A stretch of 64,000 nt of DNA from Eledone cirrhosa (GCA_964016885.1 OZ024745.1:26784001-26848000), one strand, 5' to 3'. Shown: positions 15,709 to 30,746, counted from the first letter of the stretch. Notes: a model not told the origin generated them from the sequence alone. A program made the numbers and translations.

Positions 15709-16174
15709 CAGTTACATTCTCAAGTCAAATTCTCAAAGATTCACTTACATAGACCAGGAAAAAGAAGGTATCTTTAAGAAAAAGATTAAGCCACTATATT
15801 CCACGTCTATATTCATCTGGATTTACTTACCCTTAGACCTATACGTGTATCACTTATTTCAGTTAGTTTGAGACTGATAACAAGAGAAGTCATACAAAAA
15901 ACAGCTACAACTGTGTCTCTTGTGAAGAACATATGCTGAACAGAGTACAATTACAGTTAGAAAAACACGACGTCTTCAGGATTAACAATTTCTCACTTCC
16001 GACTTTAATCCACACTAAACATCATCGTTTCTCTTTATTTACTTGTTAAGTTTATTTTCTTTATATTTTAGTGGGGAGGGTGGAGTCGTTATAGATAATT
16101 TTCATTATTTTTTGGTTTGTATTTTAAATAAAAATTAAACGAAGAATCCTCATACTGGATGGTCTGGTGCTGTA

Positions 16175-16360
16175 TAATTGTTTCTACTATTAGCACAAGG
16201 CCAGCAATTACCCAGTACATTACTGGTACTTTATTTTATCGACCCCGTAAGGATGAAAGGCAAAGTTAACCTCGGCGGTATTTGAACGCAGAATGGCAAG
16301 GGCCGTAACTCTATGCGTCAAAGCATGGCGTCCGACCCTCTACCGATACTGCCAATTCAC
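16175..16360 (-). mobile_element. MetaSINE-type SINE
   Basis: Family match on the minus strand. Confidence 0.85.
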
Positions 16361-16383
16361 CAATGCATCTTCATACGTGTATA

Positions 16384-16448
<65 letters not shown>

Positions 16449-17161
16449 ATATATAAATATGTATGTATATATATATACACACAATACATACACACATACA
16501 TCTATATATACTTATATACATATGTTTGTCTGTGTGTGTGCATGCATGTATATACAGTGTACGTTCATCCGCTAGCAATCAAACGCATGTAAAAGCATAA
16601 GTCCAGTCGGTTCGTCTTAAAAAATATATTCACTAGGTAGATTTTTCTATTCAGACATATGACTGTAATAATATTCTATTAGTTATGCAGCAGTTGTACT
16701 GTTTCTAAAACATTTAAAGCACCAATCTGTTCAGAATGTGTAATTGAAGGATACATTGTTAACTGTATGAGCTTGACAAAATGGTTACTACCATAACACG
16801 TAAAGACAGTTTCAACCTTTCTGCAAATGCCGTTGTTTGCGTGCTTTGATAAGGAACTTCTGCAATCTAACCACTTTTCAACGGATGAAAATACCTCGGC
16901 TCTTGGTTTTGTGTATCCATGAAATGAATGTCCTCGTAGATTATGCACAAGCAACACATATGTACATTTTTTTTCTTTATTCTGTTCATGAAATCACCTA
17001 CCAAAGGCAGTGTAAGTTGTAGCATCGAACAATTTGTATATATCCCACATGCTATTTAGTATTTAATATCACGCTGAATATGGAAGCGCCTACCTAAAGA
17101 TAATATTTACTGCTGTTTATTACTAAATTGTAATGCGTGGAAATTTATTACATATTCCCAT

Positions 17162-17237
<76 letters not shown>

Positions 17238-17284
17238 ACATATAGGCATACACACACACACACATATATGTATATATGCATGTG

Positions 17285-17323
<39 letters not shown>

Positions 17324-18157
17324 ATATATATATAAAATTGCAAGTTTGCTTAATTAAATTTTTCATTGAGCCACACCGTGAAAGGTAGCCACGCTCATAT
17401 ATGTATCTGTGACTATGTCTAAATATATACATATATCCCTATTCATTATATACTCCCGTTCGGTAGAGTAAACATTAGGCAGTATCTGACTGCTCCTTCT
17501 AGCAGCCAGCCTACCTGCCAGCTGGCCACTATTCACAACCTTCTACTTTGACCACTAGCCACGTGATGATTCTTAGCCATTTTTGAATTCATTTCTGGCA
17601 GCGATCACTGTAGAAATTTTAGTCCAAACCTGAGGGGTCTCTTGATAAGCTCTAAGCCTCATGGATAATACCAAGATTGGACATATCCACAAAAAACGAG
17701 CGAAACTATCGATAGGCGGGACTAGAGGGATTTTAGTAAAGTTTATATGCATTTTTTCTTCTAACTTATATTTTAGACTTAGCTCCGTTTAATTGATTAT
17801 TTGTCTAGTTAATTTCAAAGGGCTAAGAAGAAAGACTGGATAAATTTTATCTGACTGTTCCTCGCGGAAAATAGTCTGTATCATTTGTCTATTATTTCTT
17901 CGAAGTTACATTTTAAACTTATAGCTCCGTTTAAATGATTATTTATCTAGCTGATTTCTACGGCCTAGGGTGAAGAAAGATTGGATATATTTTATCTAAT
18001 AGTTCTTCAAACTTGCAATTTTTTATATAGCTCTGATTAATAATTATTTGCTTAATAAAATTTTTCATTGAGCCACACCGTGAAAGGTAGCCACACCCAT
18101 ATATGTATCTGTGACTATGTCTAAATATATGTCTAAATATATACATATATCCCTATG

Positions 18158-18226
<69 letters not shown>

Positions 18227-18782
18227 ATATATATATATATAATGATTATGAAAATAGAGTAAAACTTATGCAAAGTTAATGAACTCTTTAGATATAACAG
18301 TCACAAGATTTGTACGAAACACTTAACAACCAATGAACAGTGAGAGCCAGGATCATGGTGTTTTTGACAAAAAAAAACGAACCTGTTCCTTTCAACTACT
18401 GCTGGAGCGTCAATTGGTTGCTGAAAATAAGTACATTTCCACAATGGTTGCTGTTTACCCAAGTGGAACCTATAATGCAAAGGCATAGAATGCGACCTTT
18501 CTTTCTTTTTTTTTTTTTCATAGACTTATATAATATTTTTATTAATTTTTTTCTGCCCGATTTCTACCTACTTCTACATTTTCTTTCAATCTAAATTTGT
18601 GTTTACTTTAACTTTCCGCCTGACTTTCTTTTCTATTTATTTATTATTAGTTTTTAATCTTCTTTTGTTCAAGTACAATGTTATTCAAATGCTTCTCTCC
18701 TCTCGCCATTCTTTTCTCTACCCTGGTTTTGTGTACACACGGACATATATACCTACACCTATTTATATATATATATGTAATG

Positions 18783-18881
<99 letters not shown>

Positions 18882-18920
18882 GATATTAATAAATGGAAAC
18901 TATATTTATAAAACCATATT

Positions 18921-18985
18921 TATTTCATTATACATATTTCAGGAATACCAAATTAAATTATGGTATGCCTTCATCAGACGAAATA
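18921..18985 (-). ncRNA. Minimal type I hammerhead ribozyme
   Basis: Minus strand tatttcgt-CTGATGA-aggcatacca..tggtattcct-GAAA-tatgtata-atgaaata. The surrounding 18890-19220 is homologous to 53540-53795. Confidence 0.75.
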
Positions 18986-19252
18986 CAATATATAACAGTT
19001 TTACAAATAAGCTTTGACGTACCCTTTTAAAATGCAACCATTATTTTTGGAAGCCATCTGGATAGTGAATTGTTTATATTATTTTAATAAGTCTTAGTGT
19101 TAGGGACAATTAGAAAAAGACGGAGAGAAAGAAAAAAGACGGAGAGAGAGAAAAAAGAAAAAGAAAAAATCGTGGAGAAATATCGGAGAGAGAGAAATGC
19201 ATGGAGAAAAAAGACATACTTGTTGTATCCCAACAATTTTAAATAGAACTTT

Positions 19253-19351
<99 letters not shown>

Positions 19352-19366
19352 TTAGGTTAATACCTA

Positions 19367-19452
<86 letters not shown>

Positions 19453-19455
<3 letters not shown>

Positions 19456-19575
19456 AGGCGGCTGAGTGGTTAGAGAATTGGATTCGCAATCATGAGGTTG
19501 TGATTTGTATTCCCTGACCGGGTGATGCATTATGTATTTGAGAAAGACACTTTATTTCCCGTTGTTCCTTCTACC
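19453..19575 (+). mobile_element. Second tRNA-derived SINE family (diverged)
   Basis: ggctgagtggttagag..tcgcaatcatgaggttgtg tRNA-like head followed by a ttgagaaagacactttat core-like motif. Confidence 0.55.
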
Positions 19576-20232
19576 TGGATTTGCGACCGACAGATAGTAT
19601 TAGCAATTGGAAAGACCAATGGAAACATTGTTTCTTCGCTCCGATTTGACGAGCTCCACCCCACTCGTTAAGCGAATGATGTCTGGGATCTTGTCAATTG
19701 ACATCCGAAATATATATATGTGTATGTGTGTATGTGTGTGTGTGTGTGTGCGTGAAGTTATATCTGTATTAATCACATTGTGTAACCGAGACTGCACTAA
19801 CGTATATAAACCTATATATCTTTTATATCGGCATCTAGACATGCAAGTAAATACGAATTTCCCTGCAAATTGAAAAATCGATTTTCGGCTCTAATTGGAC
19901 CCTCATCAGAAGGAGTGTATATAATCCAGCAACGACGTGTTTGCTGGGTTTCCCTTCCCATAGGAGATGTGTGCTATGGTGAGTAAGAGGAGAGCACGTC
20001 TAAGACATGTCTCTAAGATGGGAACCCACCTAACGCTTTTGAAGTCATTTTTCATGTTCAGCTTCAGTAGAATGCAGTTCGATTCAAATCCCCTTTGTTG
20101 AGGCCAAGATAAAGATTTTTTTTTTCTGATGATTGACCAATTAACCATGAGTCCCTCGTGATTTTCTGTGTACAAGGAGAATAATAATACTTCCACTGGA
20201 AATGTACCTTACGCCGTATCATTATGTACATA

Positions 20233-20562
20233 TTATTTTAGCTCCTTAAATTCTGAATTCATGTCTTTTTGCCTTCTATCCTCCGGCTCGGTGTATGTAA
20301 TATCTGTCTTGGAATGGCAGAATTGTTTGTATGTCGGATAAGATATTTCTAATATTTGCGCTGTCTTGTTTTCAAATCCCACTGTGACGTACTTAAGTGA
20401 TAGACTTGATCCATCGCCAAGTTTAATACCACCACTTGATTCGCGGTTACCTTCAGCGAATACCCTTCTGTTGCAAACATTAGAGCCATGTCTCTGGTTT
20501 GAGGTCAACTTAGTTTTTACTCCCACTAATCTCAAATGACTTGAAGAGATACATCCTCTTGT
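20233..20562 (-). CDS. Candidate terminal coding exon of an unknown gene
   Basis: T-rich tract + CATAG acceptor at 20563, then 109 open non-repetitive codons to TAA. The other two frames stop early. No recognisable domain. Confidence 0.25.
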   Translation of the reverse strand, partial: TRGCISSSHLRLVGVKTKLTSNQRHGSNVCNRRVFAEGNRESSGGIKLGDGSSLSLKYVTVGFENKTAQILEISYPTYKQFCHSKTDITYTEPEDRRQKDMNSEFKELK

Positions 20563-21827
20563 CTATGCAATAAATATAAACAATAAAATGAAAACAAAGC
20601 TCCTTCAAATAATATGACCTTGTGACCTCTATATAGACTTGTTTATTAAGACATTGGTGACGTTAAAGGTAGCAATATCTAAATGCGCAGTATGGTTCTC
20701 AGCTAGACAGAGGTATAGTAGCAATAATCCGAACAATAGATCGTAGCTAATCATTCGACTGACTGCACGTGGTATGATTTTTCTCGATCAGAGTTAATCT
20801 AAGGCTGCTTAAAAAAATGACAAAAGCCAAACTGGAAGTCAATACTTTGCTTTTGTATGTATATATATGGGCACATAACTTCAATTGGAGTTGTATGAGT
20901 ACCGTAGTGATATATGACGTATCCATCCCTATGGAAGACGAATTCTTAGAAAGAAGTGATAAAGAGATATAAAAATAGAATCTACCCCAGTGCTGGTCCG
21001 AAGGGAGACCTGGAATGAATACCGTAAAACATTATAACCGCTCTATAAATTCACCGCCTTGCTTTGTTTTTACGTGTATCTAGAAAAAAACGAGAATGGG
21101 TCTCACACTGGTGCATGTTCACAGTGAAAGTTTATTTTGAGACTAGTGTATAGAATTAAACTGAAACACATCAACATTTTACAAACTCAGTTCCGTTTAT
21201 CCTACGAAACTTGGCATTTTTTGTTTTGCTCTTTCTCATTATCGTATTTCCAAATCTTTTTTTTATTAGTCTAATCTATTTTCTAAGTGAATTCGTTGCA
21301 ACCTTTTAATTCTTTGTTAGCTACCATGTCTTTTTAAACATAGCCTACAACTATACAACCAGTCACATGTGCTTTTAAACACGAATCAGTCTTTCGGTGT
21401 AAAATGATATGTACCCAGCTAGAGACACACAAAATACCAAATCTTTCATTTGAAATTTTTCATTAGTTTATACTTTCTTTTCAAGATTTCTTTCGCTTTA
21501 CAAAAACTACGAAAACAAAGCAACAAAAAGATATAGGAATTTAAACCAGTAAAATCTAACAATACACTTAAAGGTTTAGGTAATGAACTAAAGAGACACC
21601 TGTTCATAATTAATTGCCAGGTATTATTAGTGTATGTAATAAGTGAATGGTGTAATTCCATCTGCTTAAATTGCAAATACACGTGAGTCGAGCACATGTT
21701 AGTACATGTCATGAAGAAAAGGAAAATAGTTAAATTTGGTTGTTATTTAACCGTTTCTGTGTACCAGTGTGTCAGTGAAAATTTATCTGATTAAATTCTT
21801 GCTTGTGAAACCTGCATACATACACAA

Positions 21828-21914
<87 letters not shown>

Positions 21915-22251
21915 CATATATACATACATATGTAAAACATTCCAAACATTTTACATCTAATAACTGCATATACACATGCACACATACAACTCAAAACATA
22001 CACATCCACACATACAATAACATCCATATCTACACAATCTACATAATCTACCTAGTTGATGTTGTGTAAATTCCAATGAGAGAGTCTTGTGTCTATGCTA
22101 GAAACCGACTCTCTCTCTATTGGCAAAAATTTGTGAAATTATAAAACCAGAACATACATATACACATACATACACACATACATACATACATACATACATA
22201 CATACATACATACATACATACATACATACATACATACATACACACATACAT

Positions 22252-22746
22252 GGTGGCTGCCAACTCATTTTCGAGTACGGCCACTACTTTATATCCATGT
22301 AGGAGAACCCTACCGATGCGCTGAACGAGTGTGACTTTTTAGTCCAGCCAGCGACTTGAAAACTCTGGTACAAACACTACACTTGTGACAATTAATGACA
22401 CATAGTGCTGGGCCCATGGTACCATGTGATGACAAGTGCAGAGAGATCTCCAGATATAAAGCAATACCTGTGCCGTGAAGCTTTTATAGTGAGCAAAGGC
22501 ACTGCACAAAGCCAGTCCCACTCTCTTAACCAAGATGATATTTACCAAAAAGAAGAACAAGTCAAAGGCCTAGGGGTTATCTCTCCCGGTGATTTTGGAT
22601 GGCCATTGACTCTTAAGAGCTCCTTTGCCCTTTGACAGGTTTTGTTTTTAGTCCTGCAAGATGTCCAAAGTCACCCTCCTCACCAAGAAACCTTGGTGGG
22701 TTTGCCAGTTTAGTCGCCAACGACCCAACCATGAGACTGGTTGTAC
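22252..22746 (-). mobile_element. Non-autonomous retroposon in (CATA)n, copy 1 (internal deletion)
   Basis: Homologous to 28380-28985 and 55290-55842, flanked by (CATA)n. Confidence 0.8.
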
Positions 22747-24589
22747 ATACATACATACATACATACATACATACATACATACATACATACATACATACAT
22801 ACATACATAAATGCGTTATGACTATACGTATATATGCAAGCATCCATGTTTGTGCAAGTATATATGTTGTGTATGTTATTGATTTTGACCACTCTATTTC
22901 CATAAGAAAATCTATTGCTGATCTTTATGTTAGTATGGGAGGCAATGAGTATGCTGAAATCAATGACTGTATATGTTTATTTTTAGTTTCTAACCTAAAA
23001 TTTTGCCTAGAGTGTAGCGTTTACAGAATCTATGACATAGTGTCTTTAAAAAAAAGAAACTTTCAATTTACTGATAGATATAAGAAAACCTTATACCTCT
23101 TCTTTAACATTTATGAATTAATTAATTCCCATAAATATTAACCTTACAACAATTACCTTTTTACACGTAACCCTTTATCTCAGGGTGACTCTTAATTATA
23201 TATATATAAACGGTACAGCTATCCCAAGAATATCTTAAATAATTTAGTTGAAACGTTTCACTTACCCTTTCTGATAACAAATCTTGAACGAATCCTCGAA
23301 TTACCACAACCTTGCATAGGAGTGCATTTGAATAGAAGATATTTTATAAGGTGTCGATAACAGCAATAACACAGTATCCAAATATAGAAAGAATTACTCG
23401 TTCGATCAATCCAGTAGCTAAACCCATGTCAAAAATATTCTTCTTTACCTAACTTAAAAATAAAACATTTTCCATTGCATTTTCCCTGGCTTCCTTAAAT
23501 ATTTACCTTATCTGTTCTAAATAGTTACTCTATATCTTTACCCGATTTTATCGACCCATATTCTACCATTTTGATGTAGGTTTCATATGGTTTTACATTC
23601 GCCATATCCAAGTTTGTTGTTTAATATCCCCTTTGATGACGATGAATGTTGCTCTCCAGGTTGCGTTTGCTGGCTATCTATACCTTCGATGACTAGTGAA
23701 TCATATACGTGGCTTACAAACACAACATGAATTCAGAACAGATATGCTAACATTGTGTGGGTAATGTTGTGTGCTAGTAGATGATGGGTTGCGTGCTAGT
23801 AGATGATGGGTTGCGTGCATTGGCGTATGAAGCCCTTCCCCGGGCAGGCGACAACTGGCCTGTGCAATCACGGTACCTTTTGTTGCAGGTCTTTCACCAT
23901 CGTTCCCAGTTGCTGGTCTGTATTTCTAAACTGTTAGATCTATCCGACGCGACAGTTTTCTACCGCTATATATACGTCATTATAAGCCATATGAAATTCA
24001 TGATATACAAAACTTATTAATTCTTCTTTAGCATGTGTCAATAAAGGTTTTTGCCTATAGATGGGTAGCCTTTGTTACGAAAGTAGGCTTCTCCTGTATA
24101 TTTCATACTACAAAGATGAAAAATATTGTATTTTATATGTATATATTCAGGTATTTCTTTATAAAATAATTGTATGAAAATCTACAGCTATCGTGTTTAA
24201 TCCATTATATATGGCACATTGTTTTGTGAGTCTGTTATGACAACGAACTCTCAGCTGCTTTAGAATAACGGAGGCCCTGCCAAGTGAAATTACCACCCAT
24301 TTTTACAGAAGACGGTAATCGTAACCCTAAACAACATAGACATTTAAGCAAATAAATGAATATATAAAAAGTAATCACTAGACCTACGTGAACTTCGATA
24401 AAACGCAGCAAACCCATTATTATTTTCAGTAACAACTTAAAGAAAACTACCCACGAATCTTTTGTCCAAAATCATGGATTCGTGAAAGAATGTAATCTGG
24501 AAAATATCACATTACTGAATATTTGCTGTATATATTTTGATATACTACTACTACTACTACTACTACTACTGCTACTACTACCAATAATA

Positions 24590-24800
24590 ATGGTTTCTTA
24601 TATAGGCACAAGGCCAATAATTTGGGGGGAGGGGAAAGTCGATTAAATCGACCCCAGTGCGTGACTGGTACTTTATTTTATCGACCCCAAAGGATTAAAG
24701 GCAAAGTTAACCTCGGCGGGATTTGAACTCAGATCATAAAGAGCCGTAACTCTATGCTGCAAAGCATGGCGTCCGACAATCTACCAATACTGCCAATCCA
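24590..24800 (-). mobile_element. MetaSINE-type SINE, long subfamily
   Basis: Family match including the gtcgattaaatcgac hairpin. Confidence 0.85.
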
Positions 24801-25514
24801 TCGACTTTAATAATAATAATGGTGTTGCCATAACGGTGGCGTATAAATAGACATTACAGGCACATATTACAGTGAAGTGGTTTATAGACTAAACGAATGC
24901 AAGAAAAAGGAGAAATAGAGAAGAATGGTATACATATTATAGAAATCTATAATAGAGAAAAAGATTGCTTTGTAGGACTAATCAAGCAACCTCACAGATC
25001 CACAATTATCCTGACTACAGAATGAAGAAACGCAATATCTTCCTTTGTCGCACCTGAGATCAGAAAATAAAGGGAGGGAATTAAATACTACAAGGTATTT
25101 CTGCTTCTCACATTACTAATTCTACAACGCCACCTCCTCGTCCTATCAATCACATATTAATAAAAGGCAAAATTGATTCCAAACTTTGATAACAAGTTTT
25201 TGTCCTCGGGACGTGTCTGAGACACAGCTCAGACCGTTATGTAGGGTCTGTCCTTCACCCTCACCTTTTCTTTCGTTGTTCGATCCTTTTTTCTTTTTCT
25301 TCTTTTCATTTCCTTCTTTTCTTCTGTTTTTGTTCCCTTTAATAGTATATTTTGTTTTTATTAGATACTGCTCAATTATTTTTATATCATATCTTAGAAA
25401 TAAAAATTACGTTTCAATATCTTAGAAAGATTTTTTTTTTTTTAAATTTATATTTTGAAATTAAAAAACAAGTGCGAGAATACACAACAAGGCAACATTA
25501 TCAGGTAACAAGCA

Positions 25515-25702
25515 GTGGATTGGCAGTATCAGTAGAGGGTCAGGAGCCATGCTTTGCAGCACTGAATTATGGCCCTTTACGGTCTGAGTTCAAATCCCGC
25601 CAAAGTTAACTTTGCCTTCCATCCTTACGAGGGTCGATAAAATAAAGTACCAGTAATGCACTGGAGTAATTGCTGGCCTTGTGCCAAAAGTAGAAACAAT
25701 TA
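25515..25702 (+). mobile_element. MetaSINE-type SINE with 16-bp TSD
   Basis: attatcaggtaacaag flanks both ends. Confidence 0.9.
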
Positions 25703-26057
25703 TCAGGTAACAAGAGAATTTCCCTATATTTTGCAGCAAATTAACTGACCTAGTTCCTCATATAAATTAATAAGTAAACAACAAATAGTTAACTAAACGA
25801 TTTATTAGTGGTTAACGTTGGAAAGAAACCTAAATAACTGTTCAGAAAATACAATGAAAACAATCAATTTTAAAATGATGTTTGTTGTTTAAAGCTGATT
25901 GGCACGGTGAAATGTTAACAAACGTCAATAAATTATTTCTTTTCTAAACACGGAACCTTGACGACAAACATTTCCTCCGAAATTCTAAACAATCTATCAA
26001 AGATTGTTTCAGAATGAAATTATTAAATTTGTTGATTATAATTTTTCTTCTTTCTTC

Positions 26058-26169
<112 letters not shown>

Positions 26170-26408
26170 CTCTCTCTTCCCCTCTCTTTCTCTCTCTCTC
26201 TCTTTCGTTCCCTCTCCCTCTCTCTAATTCTCTCTCTTCAATGTCGTTCCTTCTCCTTCTCTCTCCCTTGTCTATACGTGACAGTCACAAGTTTCCATAG
26301 CCATTGAAATAACATGAACGCCAAGATAACAAAATGTCGACATATTCCAACTAAAGATGCCAACAATTATTTGGGAATCATTGGAACGATTTTCCCAAAT
26401 CCTCCACC

Positions 26409-26523
<115 letters not shown>

Positions 26524-27556
26524 TAAATATTTGCAAATCCGACAAGTCTGATATTTATAATTACGTGTATATTATTTATTTTACTTCGTATTTATAACTT
26601 AATTCCATAGTTCTGTTACGGACATGAATTTGTGAGTGGGATGTATGGGTATCTGATTGTGTGTATGTGTGTATATGTATGTGTGTGTGTGTGTGTATGT
26701 GTGTGTGATGTGTGTGTGTGTCGGTGTTTGTGCTGTAACTGTGTAAACTGTTCAGTTACATCAATTTTTATTGAAATTGTTTGTAACATTAATGATTTAC
26801 GTTATAAATCATTAGGACATTGATAGAGACTGTAGGACACTGTACCACGTATTTGACGGCAATTTAGGTTGGAAAATCTTTATTAGGCTTTCAAGTCAAT
26901 CATAATTAGTATTTCAAGCCTTACCAGGATCGTCGCAACCCTTCATTTTCCCAAACTCGATGAAAAGCAGAGTAAATTGCAACCTGTTAAAATCGCCCTC
27001 CTTATAAAATGAAACAACTTTAATAATTTACAATTGGTGTTTAATCCCAGGACAGCTTTTGCAAAGGATGTCGGAAATATCTAGATTAGGACAATACCTG
27101 ACGTTCCAACAGGTAACTTGTTTTATTTACTTACCAGCCTTTTAAACTCTTAAGTATATAAATAAACAGTCCGACTACCTTAGGAATATCTTAAATTACA
27201 CCTGTTCAAATAACTAACATGGATTTAAACTGAATTTAAATCTCACCTCGTCGCCCAGAAACCTTCATTCATGTAAGATCAATAAATTGAGGGGCGGTTG
27301 TTGCTTAGCCCAAGGTCGGCCTCAATTAATCACAGCTAGGATCTAAGAACTCCATTAGAAACAATCACATGTTTTAGTGATATTTAAGACTATATAGCGA
27401 AGTGCGATATTTAAGAATATATAGTCAAGTGTGATTATGTGCGTATATATATATGTATACAGGGTGTGGACGATATTTGTTCGCAATTTTCAACTGCTAA
27501 TTTTATGCAATTTTTTTTACTTCCGTTGTCATGTATATATATATGTATATATATAC

Positions 27557-27699
<143 letters not shown>

Positions 27700-28007
27700 A
27701 TGCCTTCAATTCCTTAGAGGAATAACAACACACTCTGGAGCTGAGCACATCATTGAATTAACAAGGTAAAATCCATTACAATATTTTGTTTTCCTGTTTT
27801 TTTTTGTTGTTTTTTTTTGTTGTTTTTTTTTTGTGTTTTTTTTTTTTTTTTTGTTTTTTGTTTTTTTGTTCTTACTGCTTGATGAGGTCATAGCTGTTAA
27901 ATAATGGCTACCACTGAAATATATATAGCAGCGAATATGAATAAACGAAGCTAATTTTAGCCTGCTGACTTCCACTTCTTGTTTATATTTATATATATAT
28001 ATATATA

Positions 28008-28335
28008 CCTGCCTCAGGACAAATCTTGAGTGTTTGGACTTCACACATCCAGAAATGGCAGGACTAGTTAAGAAGTTGCAAAACCAGTCCATAAATGGAA
28101 CTGTAAAAATGTGTAAAACATTTCAGATATTCAGCATGTAATAACTGCATATACACATGTATAGATACAGAAACATATGTACACTTACACACATAATACA
28201 AAACAAACAGGTCCACACATGCAATAAGACTTATACCTACACACACACACACAAACACATACAGACATACATCCGTATTTACCTAGTAGATATTGTTTAA
28301 ACGCCAACTAAACACTCTTGTTACAAACCAACACT
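28008..28335 (+). mobile_element. R4/Dong LINE 3' fragment
   Basis: Encodes CLRTNLECLDFT..KLQNQSINGTVKMCKTF, homologous to 57320-57480. A shorter copy lies at 21930-22150. Confidence 0.75.
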
Positions 28336-28379
28336 CATACATACATACATACATACATACATACATACATACATACATA

Positions 28380-28985
28380 GTGGCTGCCAACTCGTTTTCG
28401 AGTACGGCCACTACTTGATATCCATGTAGGAGAAACCTTACCGATGCGCTGAACAAGTGTGATTTTTAGTCCAGCCAGCGACTTGAAAATTCTGGTAAAA
28501 ACACTACACCTGTAACAATTATTGACACATAGTGCTGGGCCAATGGTACCATGTGACGGCAAGTGCAGAGAGATCTCCAGATATAAAGCAATACCTGTGC
28601 CGTGAAGCTTTTATAGTGAGCAAAGGCACTGCACAAAGCCAGTCCCACTCTCTTAATCAAGATGATATTTACCAAAAAGAAGAACAAGTCAACATCATTG
28701 GATACCATCAGGGTTGCAGGTGTTATATCAGAGTTTTCCTTCTCCTAGAATTCTGCCTTGACAAAGGCTAAGGGGTCATCTCTCCCGGCGATTTTGGATG
28801 GCCATTGACTCTTAAGAGCTCCTTTGCCCTTTGACAGGTTTTGTTTTTAGTCCTGCAGGATGTCAAAAGTCACCCTCCTCACAAAGAAACCTTCGTGGGG
28901 TTGCCAGTTTAGTCGCCAACGACCCGACCATGAGACAGGTTGTACTGGGATACATGTTACCAGTAGCACCAACTGGTGACCTGAC
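28380..28985 (-). mobile_element. Non-autonomous retroposon in (CATA)n, copy 2 (longest)
   Basis: Constant left end and variable right ends across three copies. Minus strand carries ctaggagaaggaaaactctga, a motif I recall from RTE 5' UTRs. Confidence 0.8.
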
Positions 28986-29155
28986 ATACATACATACATA
29001 CATACATACATACATACATACATACATACATACATACATACATACATACATGCATACATACATACATACATGGCCATTGCACGAGGAGAAAGAAAAAAAA
29101 AAGAATAATAATAAATAAATAAAAATAAAATAAAAAAATAAAAAATAAAAAAAAG

Positions 29156-29200
<45 letters not shown>

Positions 29201-29387
29201 CATACACACATACACACACACACTCACACACATATACACACACATACATTAATAACAATAATAATAATAACAATCATAACAACAATAATAATAACGACAA
29301 CAACAATAATAATATACATATACATATATATATACACACACGCACGCACATAAGCATATCTACACACACACACACACACGATAGCAA

Positions 29388-29913
29388 CTAACAGCGCTGC
29401 GATCGAATGTGGCTTTTTAGCCCAGCCAATGATCTAAAATGTCTTGCACAGAGTCGGCAACCAAAACATTCACTGGGAATAGTCGGCTGTGGTTGGAGTT
29501 CGTGTACTTTTGCATGTCGCTTGAGCCCTCCTGTTGATTTACATTCTCTACCACATGTTTGGCAAGCATGATGAGTAGCATCTCCAACAGCAGCCTGGTA
29601 GTCAACCACTGGTCTTACTTTATGACTGCGAAGATGACTTTCGAGTCCAGCTTTGCTTAGGCAGAGTCTCGCACATACGCTGCATGTCAGCACCATAGGA
29701 GGACCCTCGCCGTCTGGAAGTGCAACAGCAATGCCCTTCCTCACATCCCGCTTGACTTTCTCGTATGCGATTCGAGATGCCTCAAAGGCAACTTTTCCCT
29801 CATATACAGTCTTTCTCCATTTATTACGATCAGCAGCAATATTCTCCCATGTATCAGCAGAGATGTTAGCGTCTTTCAGAGAGGCTTTCAAGGAATCCTT
29901 ATACCTCTTTTTT
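29388..29913 (-). mobile_element. RTE-clade LINE ORF C-terminus with three C2H2-type fingers, 5' truncated
   Basis: [25 protein letters not shown] (RTE C-terminal signature), then CSVC..HLRSH, CQTC..HAKVH and CRLC..HIRSQ. Confidence 0.85.
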
Positions 29914-30487
29914 CATACATACATACATACATACATACATACATACATACATACATACATACATACATACATACATACAATTGCAAAACATTCTTGCGAT
30001 TCAAGGGATGACAATTTCTTTTCTTTTACAACCTTGCCACCAGGAAGGTGGCCGGTCAAAAAAATATACTCGAAATTAAGAGAAAGAGATAACATATAAA
30101 CATAATACATATACACATACAAACAACATATATACATTCATTCATACATACATTGTTTGAAAATAAGTCCACGATAATGAGTAATGCGAGAATGCATGAT
30201 TTATGACAACTAACAAGTAGTATACTCTAATTGTACCGAGTATGAATGGATGTGTGTGTCTGTATACATGTGTACATCTATGCATGTATATGTGCCTGTT
30301 GTGTGCTTATGTCCAAGTGTGTTTGTGTGTGTGTGTGTATCTATGTACATATTCCCATTAACACAAACCTATTTCCGGTTGAAACTAATTTCTGTCACTG
30401 ATATTGGTATATGAATGTTTTGGGAAAGGCATTAAGTCATCTAATCCCATTACTGACTGCCTATAAATTCATAGCCTAGTATAAATT

Positions 30488-30530
<43 letters not shown>

Positions 30531-30535
<5 letters not shown>

Positions 30536-30736
30536 AACGAGTAGGACCCCGACGACTGAGCTGAAGCCTTTTCGACGGCTAATTCTGGACGAAATTTAGT
30601 CCAGAATTAGCCGTGGAAACGGCTTGAGCTCAGCCGTCGGGGTCCTGCTCGTTCCTATTACACACTCTACTACCCTAAGTATTGAGTACTTTGGTGCGTT
30701 ATGGTCCACTTGGTTCCTTACCACATTTCCTTCGTT
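30531..30736 (+). mobile_element. Fold-back mini-PLE, family A copy 1
   Basis: Inverted repeat 30531-30658 plus a ~78-bp tail, flanked by (TA)n. Confidence 0.8.
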
Positions 30737-30746
30737 ATATATATAT

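Noticed and set aside
19871-19915. Minus-strand CTGATGA-gggtc..gagcc-GAAAATCGATT hammerhead-like motif
   Set aside because: No stem I pairing. At best a decayed relic (similar weak cases near 3705, 5590 and 6550).
28895-28985. HDV-like ribozyme at the 5' end of the (CATA)n retroposon
   Set aside because: CTAA-ACTGG/CCAGT is suggestive, but P1 and P1.1 could not be built by eye.
29388-29891. Host C2H2 zinc-finger gene
   Set aside because: The upstream peptide is an RTE C-terminus and it is truncated at a microsatellite.
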